In this document: piece by piece, positions 38,450-51,982 of the stretch
Layout: every line of letters begins with the position of its first letter
Numbering within the stretch: position 1 is the stretch's first letter
Sequence record: SRR2962707_5488
Length of the DNA: 64,000 nt
Reading direction: 5' to 3' (one strand)
Made by a program: the position numbers and the translations under genes
The notes under the pieces: generated by a model
Seen by the model: the letters and a program-made list of their open reading frames with translations, nothing else
Told to the model about the DNA's origin: nothing
Databases searched by the model: none

Positions 38450-39553
38450 ATGATCAAGAAGCCCATATCCGCGGACTCGCACATCACCGAACCTCCGCAT
38501 TGCTATGTTGACTACATTGATCCCAAATTCCGCGACCGCGCGCCGCGCATCAAGCGGATCGACAAGGTCGGCGACGCTTTCATCGTCGATGGCATGGGGT
38601 CTCCGGTTCCAATGGGGCTGGTGGCCGCCGCCGGCAAGGACCCGGCAGAGATCACGACAGAGGGCGTCGCTTTCGAAGATCTATGGAAGAGCGGCTGGAA
38701 CGCCAAGTTCCGCGTCGCGGACCAGGAGAAGGACGGCGTTGCGGCCGAATTCATCTATCCAACGGTCGGAATGGTGATCTGCAACCATCCCGACTTCGAC
38801 TACAAGAAAGCCTGCTTCGACGCTTATAATCGTTGGCTGCAGGAATACTGCGCGGAGGCGCCTGACCGTCTTTACGGACTTGCGCAGGTTTCCATGCGGT
38901 CGCCGGAAGATGGCGTTGCGGAGATCAGGCATGCGAAAGAGATGGGCTTCAAGGGCGTGATGATGCCCGGAAACCCCGCCGTCGAGGACTATGATTCAAC
39001 TATATACGACAAGGTCTGGGCGACCGCTGTCGAGTGCGACATGCCGCTCTCGTTTCATATCCTGACGGGCAAATCGGACAGTCTTTCGGGTCAGGTCCGG
39101 GGACCGCGTATCAACGGCTTCCTGTCGATCATCCGTGGCTGCCAGGACGTGATGGGTATCTTCATATTCGGCGGCGTCTTCGATCGCTTCCCCAACCTCA
39201 AGGTTGTCTGCGTCGAGGCCGATGCGGGCTGGGTTCCGCACTACATGTATCGCATGGACCATGCCTACAAGCGTCACCGCTACTGGATGAAGGCCCCGCC
39301 GCTCAAGCGCATGCCGAGCGAATATTTCAGCGACAACATCTATGTGACGTTCCAGGACGACTGGGTTGCCTTCAGAATGAAGGATATGTGCAACGTTCGC
39401 CGCCTGATGTGGGCGAACGACTTCCCGCATTCGGATTCGACCTGGCCCTGGTCGCAAGCGATGCTCGAAGAGCACACGAAAGATCTGAGCGAGCAGGAAC
39501 GCAACTGGATATGCCACGACAACGTCGCGGAGCTCTACAAGCTTGCCGTTTGA
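38450..39553 (+). CDS. Amidohydrolase_2 family metallo-enzyme (hydrolase/decarboxylase/hydratase)
   Basis: ISADSHITEPP, AYNRWLQEYC, GGVFDRFPNLKVVCVEADAGW, LMWANDFPHSD. Confidence 0.9.
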   Translation: MIKKPISADSHITEPPHCYVDYIDPKFRDRAPRIKRIDKVGDAFIVDGMGSPVPMGLVAAAGKDPAEITTEGVAFEDLWKSGWNAKFRVADQEKDGVAAEFIYPTVGMVICNHPDFDYKKACFDAYNRWLQEYCAEAPDRLYGLAQVSMRSPEDGVAEIRHAKEMGFKGVMMPGNPAVEDYDSTIYDKVWATAVECDMPLSFHILTGKSDSLSGQVRGPRINGFLSIIRGCQDVMGIFIFGGVFDRFPNLKVVCVEADAGWVPHYMYRMDHAYKRHRYWMKAPPLKRMPSEYFSDNIYVTFQDDWVAFRMKDMCNVRRLMWANDFPHSDSTWPWSQAMLEEHTKDLSEQERNWICHDNVAELYKLAV

Positions 39554-39611
39554 CGCTCCGTGTACCGACGTACTGGCTTGATGTTTTGCGATTCATAGAA
39601 AGGGCGTTTTC

Positions 39612-41294
39612 ATGGACTACGACCTGAAGATCGTGGGCGGATTCATCGTGGACGGTACCGGCTCTCCGGGTTATGCCGGAGACATCGGTATTCTCGACGG
39701 CAGAGTTGTGGCTATGGGACATGCCCCCGCCGATGCCAGGACGACTATCGATGCCGGGGGGCAGGTGGTTGCCCCCGGCATCGTCGACATCCATACGCAT
39801 TACGATGCGCAACTTCTTTGGGACAGGAAGCTGTCGATCTCACCGTGGCACGGTGTGACGACAGTCGTGGTGGGCAATTGCGGCTTCGGCATCGCACCGA
39901 CGCGCAAGGAGCACCGCGGCCTTATTCTGCGGACGCTTGAGAATGTCGAGGGCATGAGCGTCAAGGCGCTTGAGGCCGGTCTCGGCGACGATTGGGGGTT
40001 CGAGACGTTTCCCGAATATCTCGATGTCGTGGAAAAGAAGGGTACGTTGATCAACGTGGCCGTTCTTCTTGGGCATACGCCGCTGCGCCTTTATGCCCTC
40101 GGACCTGAATCCACCGAACGGGCGGCGCGGCCTGACGAGGTCAGGCGCATGAAGGGCATCATGCGTGAAGGACTGGAGGCCGGCGCGCTCGGCTATGCGA
40201 CTTCGAAATCGCCAACGCATGTAGGCTATGAGGGTCGGCCGGTTCCAAGCCGGCTGGCGGATTTCAGCGAGATACGGGAGATCGCGTCGGCGCTGGGCGA
40301 GGCGGGCGAAGGCGTGATACAGGCGACCGTCGGCAAGGAGTTGTCGTTCGATGAATTCGCGGAATTGAACCGCGTTTCCGGCCGCCATGTCAGTTGGACG
40401 GCGTTGCTGGGCGGTGGCGGTGTGCTGAATGTCGGCTCGGCAGCCGAGCAGTTGGCACGCTCAAACGAACTTCAATCGGCTGGTTACGCAGTATTTCCGC
40501 AGGTCACCTGCAGGCCGCTCAATTTTGAATTTCGATTCGAACAGCCCTTTCTGTTCCAGAGCATGCCTGTCTTCGCGCCGGTGAACAAAGCCGACCGCGC
40601 GGAAAAACTGAGGCTTTATGCCAACAATTCTTTCCGGGCGGAATTCCGGGACGCGATGCGTGGCCCGATGCTCAATGCATGGGACAAAGCGGTCATCGCT
40701 CATTGTCCGGATCGGCCGGAGTTCGGGGAACGGCTGGTGAGCGACGTGGCCGCAGAACTAGGATGCAACTCGATCGATCTTGCGCTGGACCTCTCGATTC
40801 AAAGCGATCTGCAAGCGCGGTTCCGCCTGCCTGTCGCGAACGCGGACGAAGATGAGGTGGCAACGTTACTGCGCGATTCCTGCACGGTGCTCGGCCTCTC
40901 GGACGCAGGCGCGCATGCGAGCCAACTCTGCGATGCGTGTTTTTCCACCCATCTTCTCGGGAGGTGGGTCCGTGAAAAGCACGTCTTGACGCTGGAGGAG
41001 GCGGTGCGGATGCTGACATCGCGGCCCGCCGAGGTGTTCGGCATCAAGGATCGCGGTCGCCTAGCTGTGGGAATGCCGGCCGATGTCCTGGTCTTCGACG
41101 CCGAAACGGTTGGCGCAAGTTCCCTTCGCAGGGTCTACGACCTGCCTGCTGGCGAAGATCGACTGATTTCCGATGCTTCGGGCATTTCGGCCGTCGTCGT
41201 CAACGGGACATTGGTCCGGCGCAATGGCGTCGACGTGTTGGGCGACGAAGGTCGTTTGCCAGGCCGCCTGTTGCGACATGGCGCGGCGGCCTGA
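39612..41294 (+). CDS. N-acyl-D-amino-acid deacylase family amidohydrolase
   Basis: IVDGTG, PGIVDIHTHYD, GVTTVVVGNCG, SDAGAH, DRGRLAVGMPADVLVFD. Confidence 0.9.
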   Translation: MDYDLKIVGGFIVDGTGSPGYAGDIGILDGRVVAMGHAPADARTTIDAGGQVVAPGIVDIHTHYDAQLLWDRKLSISPWHGVTTVVVGNCGFGIAPTRKEHRGLILRTLENVEGMSVKALEAGLGDDWGFETFPEYLDVVEKKGTLINVAVLLGHTPLRLYALGPESTERAARPDEVRRMKGIMREGLEAGALGYATSKSPTHVGYEGRPVPSRLADFSEIREIASALGEAGEGVIQATVGKELSFDEFAELNRVSGRHVSWTALLGGGGVLNVGSAAEQLARSNELQSAGYAVFPQVTCRPLNFEFRFEQPFLFQSMPVFAPVNKADRAEKLRLYANNSFRAEFRDAMRGPMLNAWDKAVIAHCPDRPEFGERLVSDVAAELGCNSIDLALDLSIQSDLQARFRLPVANADEDEVATLLRDSCTVLGLSDAGAHASQLCDACFSTHLLGRWVREKHVLTLEEAVRMLTSRPAEVFGIKDRGRLAVGMPADVLVFDAETVGASSLRRVYDLPAGEDRLISDASGISAVVVNGTLVRRNGVDVLGDEGRLPGRLLRHGAAA

Positions 41295-41309
41295 GGAGGG
41301 CGTGCAAAA

Positions 41310-42203
41310 ATGAGTCTTGAGGAACTTGCTGTCGTTCGTCAGCTGCTTACGGGCCTTGTGACCGAGGAGGCTCGTTCTCTTGAGGATTTTCGTATCTCGT
41401 ATGACGAGGCCGGAAAAGCATTCGGTCTTCCCGAAGGCGTGACAGTTACGCCGGTTTCCGCCGGCGGGGTTCCCGGCGAATGGTTGGCGCCAGCTGCCGG
41501 TGTGGGCAAGCGGGTTTTGCTTTATCTGCATGGAGGTGGCTATGCGCTTGGTTCTCTCGATTCGCATCGCCATCTTGCGGCGCATATAGCTCTTGCCCTG
41601 AATGGTCGGGTTCTGCTCATCGACTACAGGCGGTCGCCAGAGCATCCATTTCCGGCTGCGGTCGATGATGCGCTTGCTTCTTATCGCTGGTTAATCGAGA
41701 CGGGTGTCGATCCGGCGAAGCTCGCCGTGGCGGGAGATTCGGCTGGCGGCGGTCTGACGGTCGCTACGCTTCTTGCGGCGCGCGATGCTGGTCTCAGACT
41801 TCCGGCCGCTGCCGTTTGCATTTCGCCCTGGGCCAATCTTGAAAATAAAGGCACATCCTACGGCGAGAAGGCGAATGTGGATCCGATGGTGCGCCATGCC
41901 GATCTTGAGCTGTGGACTTCGGCCTATCTGGGTACTTCAACCCCGCGCAGGACGCCTCTGGCATCGCCAGTCTACGCCGACCTCAAGGGGTTGCCGCCAT
42001 TCCTGATTCAGGTCGGCAATTCGGAGGTTTTGCTTTCGGATAGCCATTTATTGGCCGATAGGTTGAAGGAGGCCGGTGTATTCGCCGATCTCCATGTCTG
42101 GCCGGACATGATTCATGTCTGGCACTGGTTTGCGCCGGTCTTGAGCGAAGGCCGGGCGGCGATCGACGAGATGGCCGGCTTCCTGAATACAAAGCTCGGA
42201 TGA
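41310..42203 (+). CDS. Alpha/beta hydrolase, HSL-family esterase/lactonase
   Basis: YLHGGGY, GDSAGG, EVLLSDS, MIHVW. Confidence 0.93.
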   Translation: MSLEELAVVRQLLTGLVTEEARSLEDFRISYDEAGKAFGLPEGVTVTPVSAGGVPGEWLAPAAGVGKRVLLYLHGGGYALGSLDSHRHLAAHIALALNGRVLLIDYRRSPEHPFPAAVDDALASYRWLIETGVDPAKLAVAGDSAGGGLTVATLLAARDAGLRLPAAAVCISPWANLENKGTSYGEKANVDPMVRHADLELWTSAYLGTSTPRRTPLASPVYADLKGLPPFLIQVGNSEVLLSDSHLLADRLKEAGVFADLHVWPDMIHVWHWFAPVLSEGRAAIDEMAGFLNTKLG

Positions 42204-43043
42204 TTATGGCGCCATATCATCGTCGACTTCGAGCTGGTCCACGTCGCCGAGGGTCTCCCTAAAACTTTGATCGTTTTGCGAAATGTGCTCAGCGATGGCG
42301 TTTTTCAATAACTCTGTGAATGGTTGTTTGCGATTGCGAAAATACTCTTTGGGAGCGGCTATGCCGATGGCAACCGGACGTCCGGACGGACCCGTCGGAA
42401 TGGGCATCGCCAACATGGTGGCTCCCGGAGTCACGAGATCGCTGTAAAGTGCGAAGCCGCGTTTTCTGATTTTTTGCAATTCGTCTTCGATCTCTTGCGT
42501 CGATGCCCGCCGCTCCGGCATGGCGGCAAGGGCGTCCTGAATCAAACGTCTCGCTTCGAGCAAGGGAAGTTCGCTGAGCAGAACGCGGCCGATCGTCGAA
42601 AAAGCAAGCATTCGCCTGGTGCTTGGCTTGACATGAAAGCGGATGGGCGACGTGCCTTGAATCACCTTTACATATTGCGCATGCTCTCCCAGACGCGCAG
42701 CAAGGATGATCGTGCACTTCGTATCGGCCGAAAGCCGTCTCATAAGGCGCTGAACATTCCGGATCGGTAACGCCTCGGCCTCAACCCAGTTTCCCAGCAG
42801 AGATATCCGGATGCTCGGAAAAAAAGTTTTGCTCCGGTCGTCGTGCTCCAGATAACCGAGGCTGACGAGGCTCTTCAAAAGAGCTGCGGTGCTGGAATGA
42901 GGATAACTCAGCGCCTGCGCCACGTCTTGAATCGTCACCGGGCGTCTGACTTCGTCGAAATACTCGAAAATCTCCAGAACGCGGGTGGCGGATTTTACCG
43001 TCGCCGCCGAGGGTAGTTCGGATTTGAGGATGTTAGCGTTCAT
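42204..43043 (-). CDS. IclR-family transcriptional regulator
   Basis: VKSATRVLEIFE...YPHSSTAALLKSLVSLGYL HTH; STIGRVLL; IRKRGFA. Confidence 0.9.
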   Translation of the reverse strand: MNANILKSELPSAATVKSATRVLEIFEYFDEVRRPVTIQDVAQALSYPHSSTAALLKSLVSLGYLEHDDRSKTFFPSIRISLLGNWVEAEALPIRNVQRLMRRLSADTKCTIILAARLGEHAQYVKVIQGTSPIRFHVKPSTRRMLAFSTIGRVLLSELPLLEARRLIQDALAAMPERRASTQEIEDELQKIRKRGFALYSDLVTPGATMLAMPIPTGPSGRPVAIGIAAPKEYFRNRKQPFTELLKNAIAEHISQNDQSFRETLGDVDQLEVDDDMAP

Positions 43044-43100
43044 GCGACAACTCTGACTCCATATGGTCTCTTGCCGCGCCCTCGTTTTTCATTTGTTTCC

Positions 43101-46014
<2,914 letters not shown>

Positions 46015-46053
46015 TGTCCCGATCCTGCTCTTGAATTGTTATTTCTCCTCCGC

Positions 46054-46623
46054 TCAAGGCTTCTTGCCATCTGGCGGCCAGGCTACGACGCCATCCTCAA
46101 GCGGGATTTTCAGGCTCTTGAGCAGTTGCGAGAAAAGCGTCCAGTTGCCAATGGCGACAACCAGTTCGATACGTTCTTCGGCCGTTTTCAGGTGCGCCGC
46201 ACATGCGGCCCAGGTGGCGTCCGAAATCATGCCGCCGTCGAGCGTCTCGTCGGTCGCGGCGAGAATGGCGCGGTCGGCGTCGGACAGGCAGGAGGCATTT
46301 TTCCAGTCCCGCGTCGCGACCAGATCCGCTTCCGGAATGTCCAGCATACGGGCGACCCGCCAATGCTGCGTCCATTCATAGAGTGATTTCGTTTTCCAGC
46401 CTATGCGCATGATGATGAGTTCGCGCAGTCTTGCATCGAGCTTGTTGCCCTGGAAAAGCAGAGTGGTGAGCGTCGAAGCAAGCTCGCGCGCCACATCGGG
46501 ATGCCGGAGTAAAACCCGGAAGACGCTGAGTGGCGCCATTTGTTCCGATATGCCGGCTTTCGCTGCCGCGGCTTCCGCTTCCGTCACGGATAGCAAGGGG
46601 ACCCTGGGTGTTTCGTCGGCCAT
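46054..46623 (-). CDS. Carboxymuconolactone decarboxylase/AhpD-like protein
   Basis: LDARLRELIIMRIG...YEWTQH, AILAATDE. Confidence 0.82.
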   Translation of the reverse strand: MADETPRVPLLSVTEAEAAAAKAGISEQMAPLSVFRVLLRHPDVARELASTLTTLLFQGNKLDARLRELIIMRIGWKTKSLYEWTQHWRVARMLDIPEADLVATRDWKNASCLSDADRAILAATDETLDGGMISDATWAACAAHLKTAEERIELVVAIGNWTLFSQLLKSLKIPLEDGVVAWPPDGKKP

Positions 46624-46690
46624 TATTTCTAATCCTCCCAATTCGGCGAAGCCGGTATTTTAGGTCTTCGCATCTTGATTTTGAGTCTGT

Positions 46691-46728
46691 ATAACACATA
46701 CAAACGCTAAAAAATATATACGTGTTAT
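46691..46728. promoter_or_regulatory. Inverted ATAACAC(A/G)TA repeats in an AT-rich divergent promoter
   Basis: ATAACACATA at 46691 and TACGTGTTAT at 46719; AATATATACGTGTT matches the 38314 palindrome at 11/14. Confidence 0.5.
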
Positions 46729-46768
46729 TGGTACATCGCTGGTGCCGACACGAAACGGGAGGCGAAAA

Positions 46769-47863
46769 ATGTTGCCGAAAAAATCGATGGCGATGGTGCA
46801 GACAGCTCCGCGCAAACTCGAAGCCCGCGATTTGCCTATCCCCCAGGTCGCCGACGACAGCGCCATCCTCCGTATTGAAGCCTGCGGCATTTGCGGCAGC
46901 GATTACGAACAATACGAAGGGGCCTTGCGGACTCCGATGCCGGTGATTCCGGGGCACGAACCTCTTGGAATCATCGAGGCGATCGGCGACAAGGCCGCCA
47001 AGCGCTGGGGCGTCGATGTCGGCGACCGGGTTGCCGTCGAGACGATGCTGTCATGCCATTGCTGCGACACCTGTGTCGGCGGACATTATCATCTGTGCGA
47101 CCGCCGTCAGATCTACTCGTATATTCCGCTCACGGAGGCGCCGGGTCTCTGGGGCGCTTATTCGCAATATATGTATCTCGCGCCCAACACGATTGTTCAC
47201 AAGATGGACAAGAACCTTCCGGCGGAGCTGGCGGTCATGTTCAATCCGCTGGGCGCAGGCTTTCGCTGGGCGGTAGAGATTCCGCAGACGCAGGTTGGCG
47301 ATACCGTTTTGATTTTTGGGCCCGGACAGCGCGGGCTTGCGAGCGTCGTTGCCGCGCGTGAGGCCGGCGCGGGAAAGATCATAGTTACGGGACTTGCGGC
47401 CGATTCAAACAAGCTCCAGATGGCGCTCGCTCTTGGCGCCGATCACATAATCGATGTGCAGAACGAAAATGTTGTCGATCGCGTACGGGCGCTGACAAAC
47501 GGAAAGGGCGCGGACGTCATCGTTGAAGTCACGTCCTACGCGACTCAGCCGGTCCGCGATGCGCTGGATTGTGTCCGTATGGGCGGAACGGTTGTCCTTG
47601 CCGGCGTCAAGGGATTTAAGCCTGTATCCGACTTCGTGTCCGACCTTATCGTCATGAAGGAAATTGCCATCAAAGGCGCAATCGGCGTTACGTCGTCGGG
47701 GTACAAGAAGGCGATTGAGATGATTGAGCGCCGCAAATACCCCCTTGAACTCATGCACACTCATAATTTCGAGCTTGAGGAAGCTGAACTGGCGATCAAG
47801 ATGCTGGCGCGCCAAATCGAGGGACAGGAATCCGTTCATTCATGTCTTATTCCGGCAACTTGA
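46769..47863 (+). CDS. Zn-dependent alcohol dehydrogenase (MDR family)
   Basis: CGICGSD, PGHEPLG, structural Zn CHCCDTC...C, GPGQRG. Confidence 0.92.
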   Translation: MLPKKSMAMVQTAPRKLEARDLPIPQVADDSAILRIEACGICGSDYEQYEGALRTPMPVIPGHEPLGIIEAIGDKAAKRWGVDVGDRVAVETMLSCHCCDTCVGGHYHLCDRRQIYSYIPLTEAPGLWGAYSQYMYLAPNTIVHKMDKNLPAELAVMFNPLGAGFRWAVEIPQTQVGDTVLIFGPGQRGLASVVAAREAGAGKIIVTGLAADSNKLQMALALGADHIIDVQNENVVDRVRALTNGKGADVIVEVTSYATQPVRDALDCVRMGGTVVLAGVKGFKPVSDFVSDLIVMKEIAIKGAIGVTSSGYKKAIEMIERRKYPLELMHTHNFELEEAELAIKMLARQIEGQESVHSCLIPAT

Positions 47864-47951
47864 TCTGCCTAAAGAATATTTTTTACGGAAGGTTTTCGGC
47901 CGCTCATCGAAAAATCTGTGTGCCGGGAACAAAGATGATGAGGGCAGATTC

Positions 47952-49121
47952 GTGAAGAATTTCAGCGACAAGGCCGCAATCGTCGGGATCGGCGAGACCA
48001 ATTATGTAAAGGGGGCGGACCAGACGGCAGTGGCCATGATGCTTGATGCCGCCAGGCGGGCCATCGCGGATGCAGGGCTGAAGCCCAGGGACATTGACGG
48101 CATGGTGCCGCCGCCCGTCTATACAACGTCGGAGGAATTGGCCGCCAACCTTGGCGTCGATGTGCTGCGATATGCCTCAACGGTCAACATGGGAGGCGCG
48201 AGTCCGACCACGGCATTGCAGAATGCCGCCATGGCCGTGGCCTCCGGCGTCTGCGACAACGTACTGGTCACACTCGGCTGGAACGGCTATTCGGCGCTGC
48301 GTCCCAAGGCGGGGGTGCCGCCAAGCCGGCCGATGAATATGAACACGCTGACCTCGACCATCCGGGGTTACTATCTGCCCTATGGCGTCCTGTTGCCGGT
48401 GCAGATGTATGCCTGGCTCGCGACGCGGCACTCGAAACTTTACAACGTCAGCCCCGAGGCGACGGGTTGGATCGCGATGGCTTGCCGCAAGCATGCCCAA
48501 CTCAACGACCGCGCCCTGACCTGCGGCCAACCGATGACGATGGATGACTACATGCGGTCGCGCATGGTGTCCTCCCCGTTCCGTTTATTCGATTGCTGTC
48601 TCGAAACGGATGGGGCCTGCGCCGTCGTGGTGACGAGCGCCGAACGGGCGAAAGACTTGCCTCACAGGCCGGTCTATATCTCTGGCGCGGCCGAGGGCCA
48701 TCCTTATCCTGCCGACGATATTCCGTCGCGGCCGGACCCCTTCAAGATCGGTTTGAGTTATGCCGCGCCGCGCGCTTTCTCCATGGCCGGTGTGACGCCG
48801 AAGGACATGGACTTTCTGCAGGTTTATGACTGCTTCACCTACGTCGTGCTACTGCAACTCGAAGCACTGGGCTATTTCGAGCCGGGCGGCGCACTCGATT
48901 TCGTCAAGGATGGACAGATCGAACTCGGCGGCAAGTTTCCGCTCAATACGCATGGCGGTCTTTTGAGCGAGGCGCATGTGTGGGGCCTCAATCATGTACT
49001 TGAGGCGACGCGCCAATTGCGCGGAGATGCGGGAAAGCGGCAAATTCCGGACGCTGAAATCGGACTTGTGACCGGATGGGGTGATCTGGGCGATGGCAGC
49101 CTCGCGATTTTGAGGAGGTAA
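47952..49121 (+). CDS. Thiolase-like lipid-transfer protein (Ltp2/SCP-x type, no nucleophilic Cys)
   Basis: [14 protein letters not shown] where thiolases carry Cys, [28 protein letters not shown] start; followed by DUF35. Confidence 0.85.
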   Translation: MKNFSDKAAIVGIGETNYVKGADQTAVAMMLDAARRAIADAGLKPRDIDGMVPPPVYTTSEELAANLGVDVLRYASTVNMGGASPTTALQNAAMAVASGVCDNVLVTLGWNGYSALRPKAGVPPSRPMNMNTLTSTIRGYYLPYGVLLPVQMYAWLATRHSKLYNVSPEATGWIAMACRKHAQLNDRALTCGQPMTMDDYMRSRMVSSPFRLFDCCLETDGACAVVVTSAERAKDLPHRPVYISGAAEGHPYPADDIPSRPDPFKIGLSYAAPRAFSMAGVTPKDMDFLQVYDCFTYVVLLQLEALGYFEPGGALDFVKDGQIELGGKFPLNTHGGLLSEAHVWGLNHVLEATRQLRGDAGKRQIPDAEIGLVTGWGDLGDGSLAILRR

Positions 49122-49123
49122 AA

Positions 49124-49546
49124 ATGGAAATTCAACAACCGAAATATCCTCAGCCCGCGACTGTCGATCCGATCGACGCGGAATTCTGGAAGCTCTGCCA
49201 GGACGGCGTCTTGCGTTTTCAACAATGCAGCAGTTGCGGTACATGGCGGTTTCTGCCGCGTTACATGTGCGCAAAATGTAGCTCGCCGGATTATGAGTGG
49301 AAGGCGAGCAGCGGTCGCGGCCGCATTTTTTCCTGGACGGTGACCTATCAGCCCTTTCATCCGGCTTTCGCAGGCGACGTACCCTATATAGCTGCGGTCG
49401 TGGAATTGGACGAAGGTGTCCGCATGGCGACGCGCTTGCTCGACTGCGACCCGGAGGCGGTGAAACTCGACATGCCTGTCGTCCTTGTCTTCAAGGACAT
49501 CGGCGACGGATTCAAGCTTCCGTGTTTCAAGCCTGCGACGAAATAA
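49124..49546 (+). CDS. DUF35 Zn-ribbon/OB-fold protein
   Basis: FW...QQCSSCG...PRYMCAKC...SGRGRIFSWT, PYIAAVVELDEG. Confidence 0.92.
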   Translation: MEIQQPKYPQPATVDPIDAEFWKLCQDGVLRFQQCSSCGTWRFLPRYMCAKCSSPDYEWKASSGRGRIFSWTVTYQPFHPAFAGDVPYIAAVVELDEGVRMATRLLDCDPEAVKLDMPVVLVFKDIGDGFKLPCFKPATK

Positions 49547-49584
49547 GACTGAGCCAATCGCCATCGACGCATCGGAGATCTGGA

Positions 49585-50778
49585 ATGGATCTGGCATACG
49601 GCCCCAAATACGAGGCTTTCCGGGAAGAGGTCAGGGCGTTCCTGACAAAACACAAGGACCAGGCGCCGAGGGGCCTTGGCGCTGCCGGGCGTCCGTCTCC
49701 AGAAGCCTGTTCCTGGCAGCGACAGTTGATTCAGAACGGCTATGCGGCTCGGACGATTCCGAAAGACTACGGCGGCTATGGCGCCACGCCTGACATTCTG
49801 GAATCGCGCATCATCGCGGAGGAATTCTCCAGTGCTCGTGTGCCTTCTGCGTTGCAGAACCAGGGCATCTCCATGCTGGTGCCGACGCTTCTGGAACTTG
49901 GCACCGAAGAGCAGAAGAAGAAATGGGTGAAGCCGACGCTTCGCGGCGAGGTGGTCTGGTGTCAGGGATATTCCGAACCGGGTTCAGGTTCAGACCTCGC
50001 CAGCCTTCAGACCAAGGCGACTGTGGATGGCGACGATTTTGTCATCAACGGCCAGAAGATATGGACCAGCACTGCGCACGAGGCGGACATGATTTTCTGT
50101 CTGGTGCGCACGGAGCCCGATAAACCCAAGCATGAAGGCATTTCTTATCTGATCTTTTCGATGGAGACGCCCGGTATCGAAGTCCGTCCGCTCACTACCA
50201 TGACGGGTCATGCCGAATTCAATGAAGTCTTCTTTACGGATGTGCGCGTACCGAAGACGCAGATCGTCGGCCAGCGCGGGCAGGGATGGCTCGTCGCCAA
50301 CGCCACGCTGAAATACGAGCGCGGAATGCTCGGCGACCCGGCCGCCATGGAAACCAGGTTCCAGGCCCTTGTCGATTTGATGCGCGATGAGACTGTCGAC
50401 GGGCAGCAGGCCATCGACAATCCGATTTTCCGGGACCGCCTGGTAAGGCTTCAGGCGGAACTTGCCGCCTTGAAGTTCAATGGGCTTCGGCTCCTGACCA
50501 GCGCGAGCAGGGGTGAGTACGCCGGCTTGGCGCGTCTGATCGTGAAGCTTCAATCCTGCGAACTTACCCATCAAATATCGGCGCTCGCGATCGACGTCAT
50601 GGGAGAGTTTGGCGTTCTTTACGACGACAGCCCCTATCTGCGCAGTCACGGCTCATGGCAATGGGGGTACATGTTTCAGCTTGGGCTCATCATCGGCGGC
50701 GGTACGGCGCAGATTCAGAAAAATATTATTTCGGAACGTGGGCTTGGTATGCCGCGCGAACCGAGGTCGGCAAAATAG
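49585..50778 (+). CDS. Acyl-CoA dehydrogenase (large subunit of a heteromeric pair)
   Basis: WCQGYSEPGSGSDLASL, NGQKIWTS, EFNEVFFTDV, IGGGTAQIQKNII. Confidence 0.92.
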   Translation: MDLAYGPKYEAFREEVRAFLTKHKDQAPRGLGAAGRPSPEACSWQRQLIQNGYAARTIPKDYGGYGATPDILESRIIAEEFSSARVPSALQNQGISMLVPTLLELGTEEQKKKWVKPTLRGEVVWCQGYSEPGSGSDLASLQTKATVDGDDFVINGQKIWTSTAHEADMIFCLVRTEPDKPKHEGISYLIFSMETPGIEVRPLTTMTGHAEFNEVFFTDVRVPKTQIVGQRGQGWLVANATLKYERGMLGDPAAMETRFQALVDLMRDETVDGQQAIDNPIFRDRLVRLQAELAALKFNGLRLLTSASRGEYAGLARLIVKLQSCELTHQISALAIDVMGEFGVLYDDSPYLRSHGSWQWGYMFQLGLIIGGGTAQIQKNIISERGLGMPREPRSAK

Positions 50779-50789
50779 GAATTCATCCG

Positions 50790-51875
50790 TTGGAATTTGC
50801 ATTGTCGGAAGAGCAGCGCCTGTTGCAGGATAGTGTCCGCCGTTTTCTTGAGCAGAACGCGCCGCTCGACAAGGTGCGCATTGCCGCCGAGAACACGCAT
50901 ACCGTTCAGCGGTCCCTGTGGGCGGGTGCCAGCGAACTGGGCATCCCCGGAATACTTATCCCTGAAGACTTTGGCGGCATGGGTTTGGGATTTCTCGATG
51001 CGGCGATCGTTTACGAGATGATCGGACGGCATGTTGCGCCCCTGCCCTTTGTCGGGGCTACCGTCATGGCGCCCCTCGCGCTGATGATCGCAGGCAGCAA
51101 GGCTCAACAGGAAAAGTGGCTTCCAAAGATCGCCGCGAGTGAGATTATCGCGGGCGTGGCCATCACGGAAAAAGTCGGCATCCGCGAAGATGCGGGCGTG
51201 AAAGCCCTGAATGGAAAGCTCACGGGCAAGTCCCTCTTCGTGATCGACTGGGCTGAGGCCGATCTCTATATCGTGGCCGACAACGACCATGGACTTCATC
51301 TCGTTTTGCCCGATGCGAAGGGGTTGTCACGGCGGGAGCTCAACACCATCGACAAGACCCGATCGGTTGGCGAACTTGTCTTCGATCAGGTTGCGGCCGA
51401 GCCGTTACCCCGATCCAGCATCGATGCGGTAGCGCGGATGATAGATGTCGGCAGGGTTATGCTTGCCGCCGACACTCTCGGCGCGGGTCAGATGATGCTT
51501 GAGAAGGCGGTGGCTTATGCGGAGGAGCGCAAGCAGTTCGGCCGTGTGATCGGGTCGTTTCAGGCCGTGAAGCACCTCTGCGCCGAGATGGCGGCCGCTC
51601 TCGAACCATCGCGTTCGCTGGTGTGGTATGCGGCCCATGCGCTGGATGAAGTGCCCGGCGACGCGCGCCTCATGGCATGTCATGCCAAGAGCCACCTGTC
51701 GGAAGTGGGCCGTTTCGTCGCGCGCACCGCAACGGAGGTTCATGGCGGCATGGGCTTCACCGATTTGCTGGGCCTGCATTACTGGTTCAAGCGGATTGGG
51801 CTCGACCGGCAGTTGCTGGGCGGGCCGGAGTTGGTTCGTCTTGAAGCCGCGCGCTTGCAGGGCTGGGCTGCCTAG
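50790..51875 (+). CDS. Acyl-CoA dehydrogenase (short partner subunit)
   Basis: LSEEQRLLQD, RKQFGRVIGSFQAVKH, HGGMGFT. Lacks the SEPxxGSD motif; TTG start. Confidence 0.88.
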   Translation: MEFALSEEQRLLQDSVRRFLEQNAPLDKVRIAAENTHTVQRSLWAGASELGIPGILIPEDFGGMGLGFLDAAIVYEMIGRHVAPLPFVGATVMAPLALMIAGSKAQQEKWLPKIAASEIIAGVAITEKVGIREDAGVKALNGKLTGKSLFVIDWAEADLYIVADNDHGLHLVLPDAKGLSRRELNTIDKTRSVGELVFDQVAAEPLPRSSIDAVARMIDVGRVMLAADTLGAGQMMLEKAVAYAEERKQFGRVIGSFQAVKHLCAEMAAALEPSRSLVWYAAHALDEVPGDARLMACHAKSHLSEVGRFVARTATEVHGGMGFTDLLGLHYWFKRIGLDRQLLGGPELVRLEAARLQGWAA

Positions 51876-51982
51876 ATCGCGACCTGGATATTGGGGAGCA
51901 TAGATCCAGCTGCCGGTGAGTGTTGCCGCGACTAACAGCGGCGCAGGAGTATTTCCATTGGATCGGCAACGGGAAGATACGC

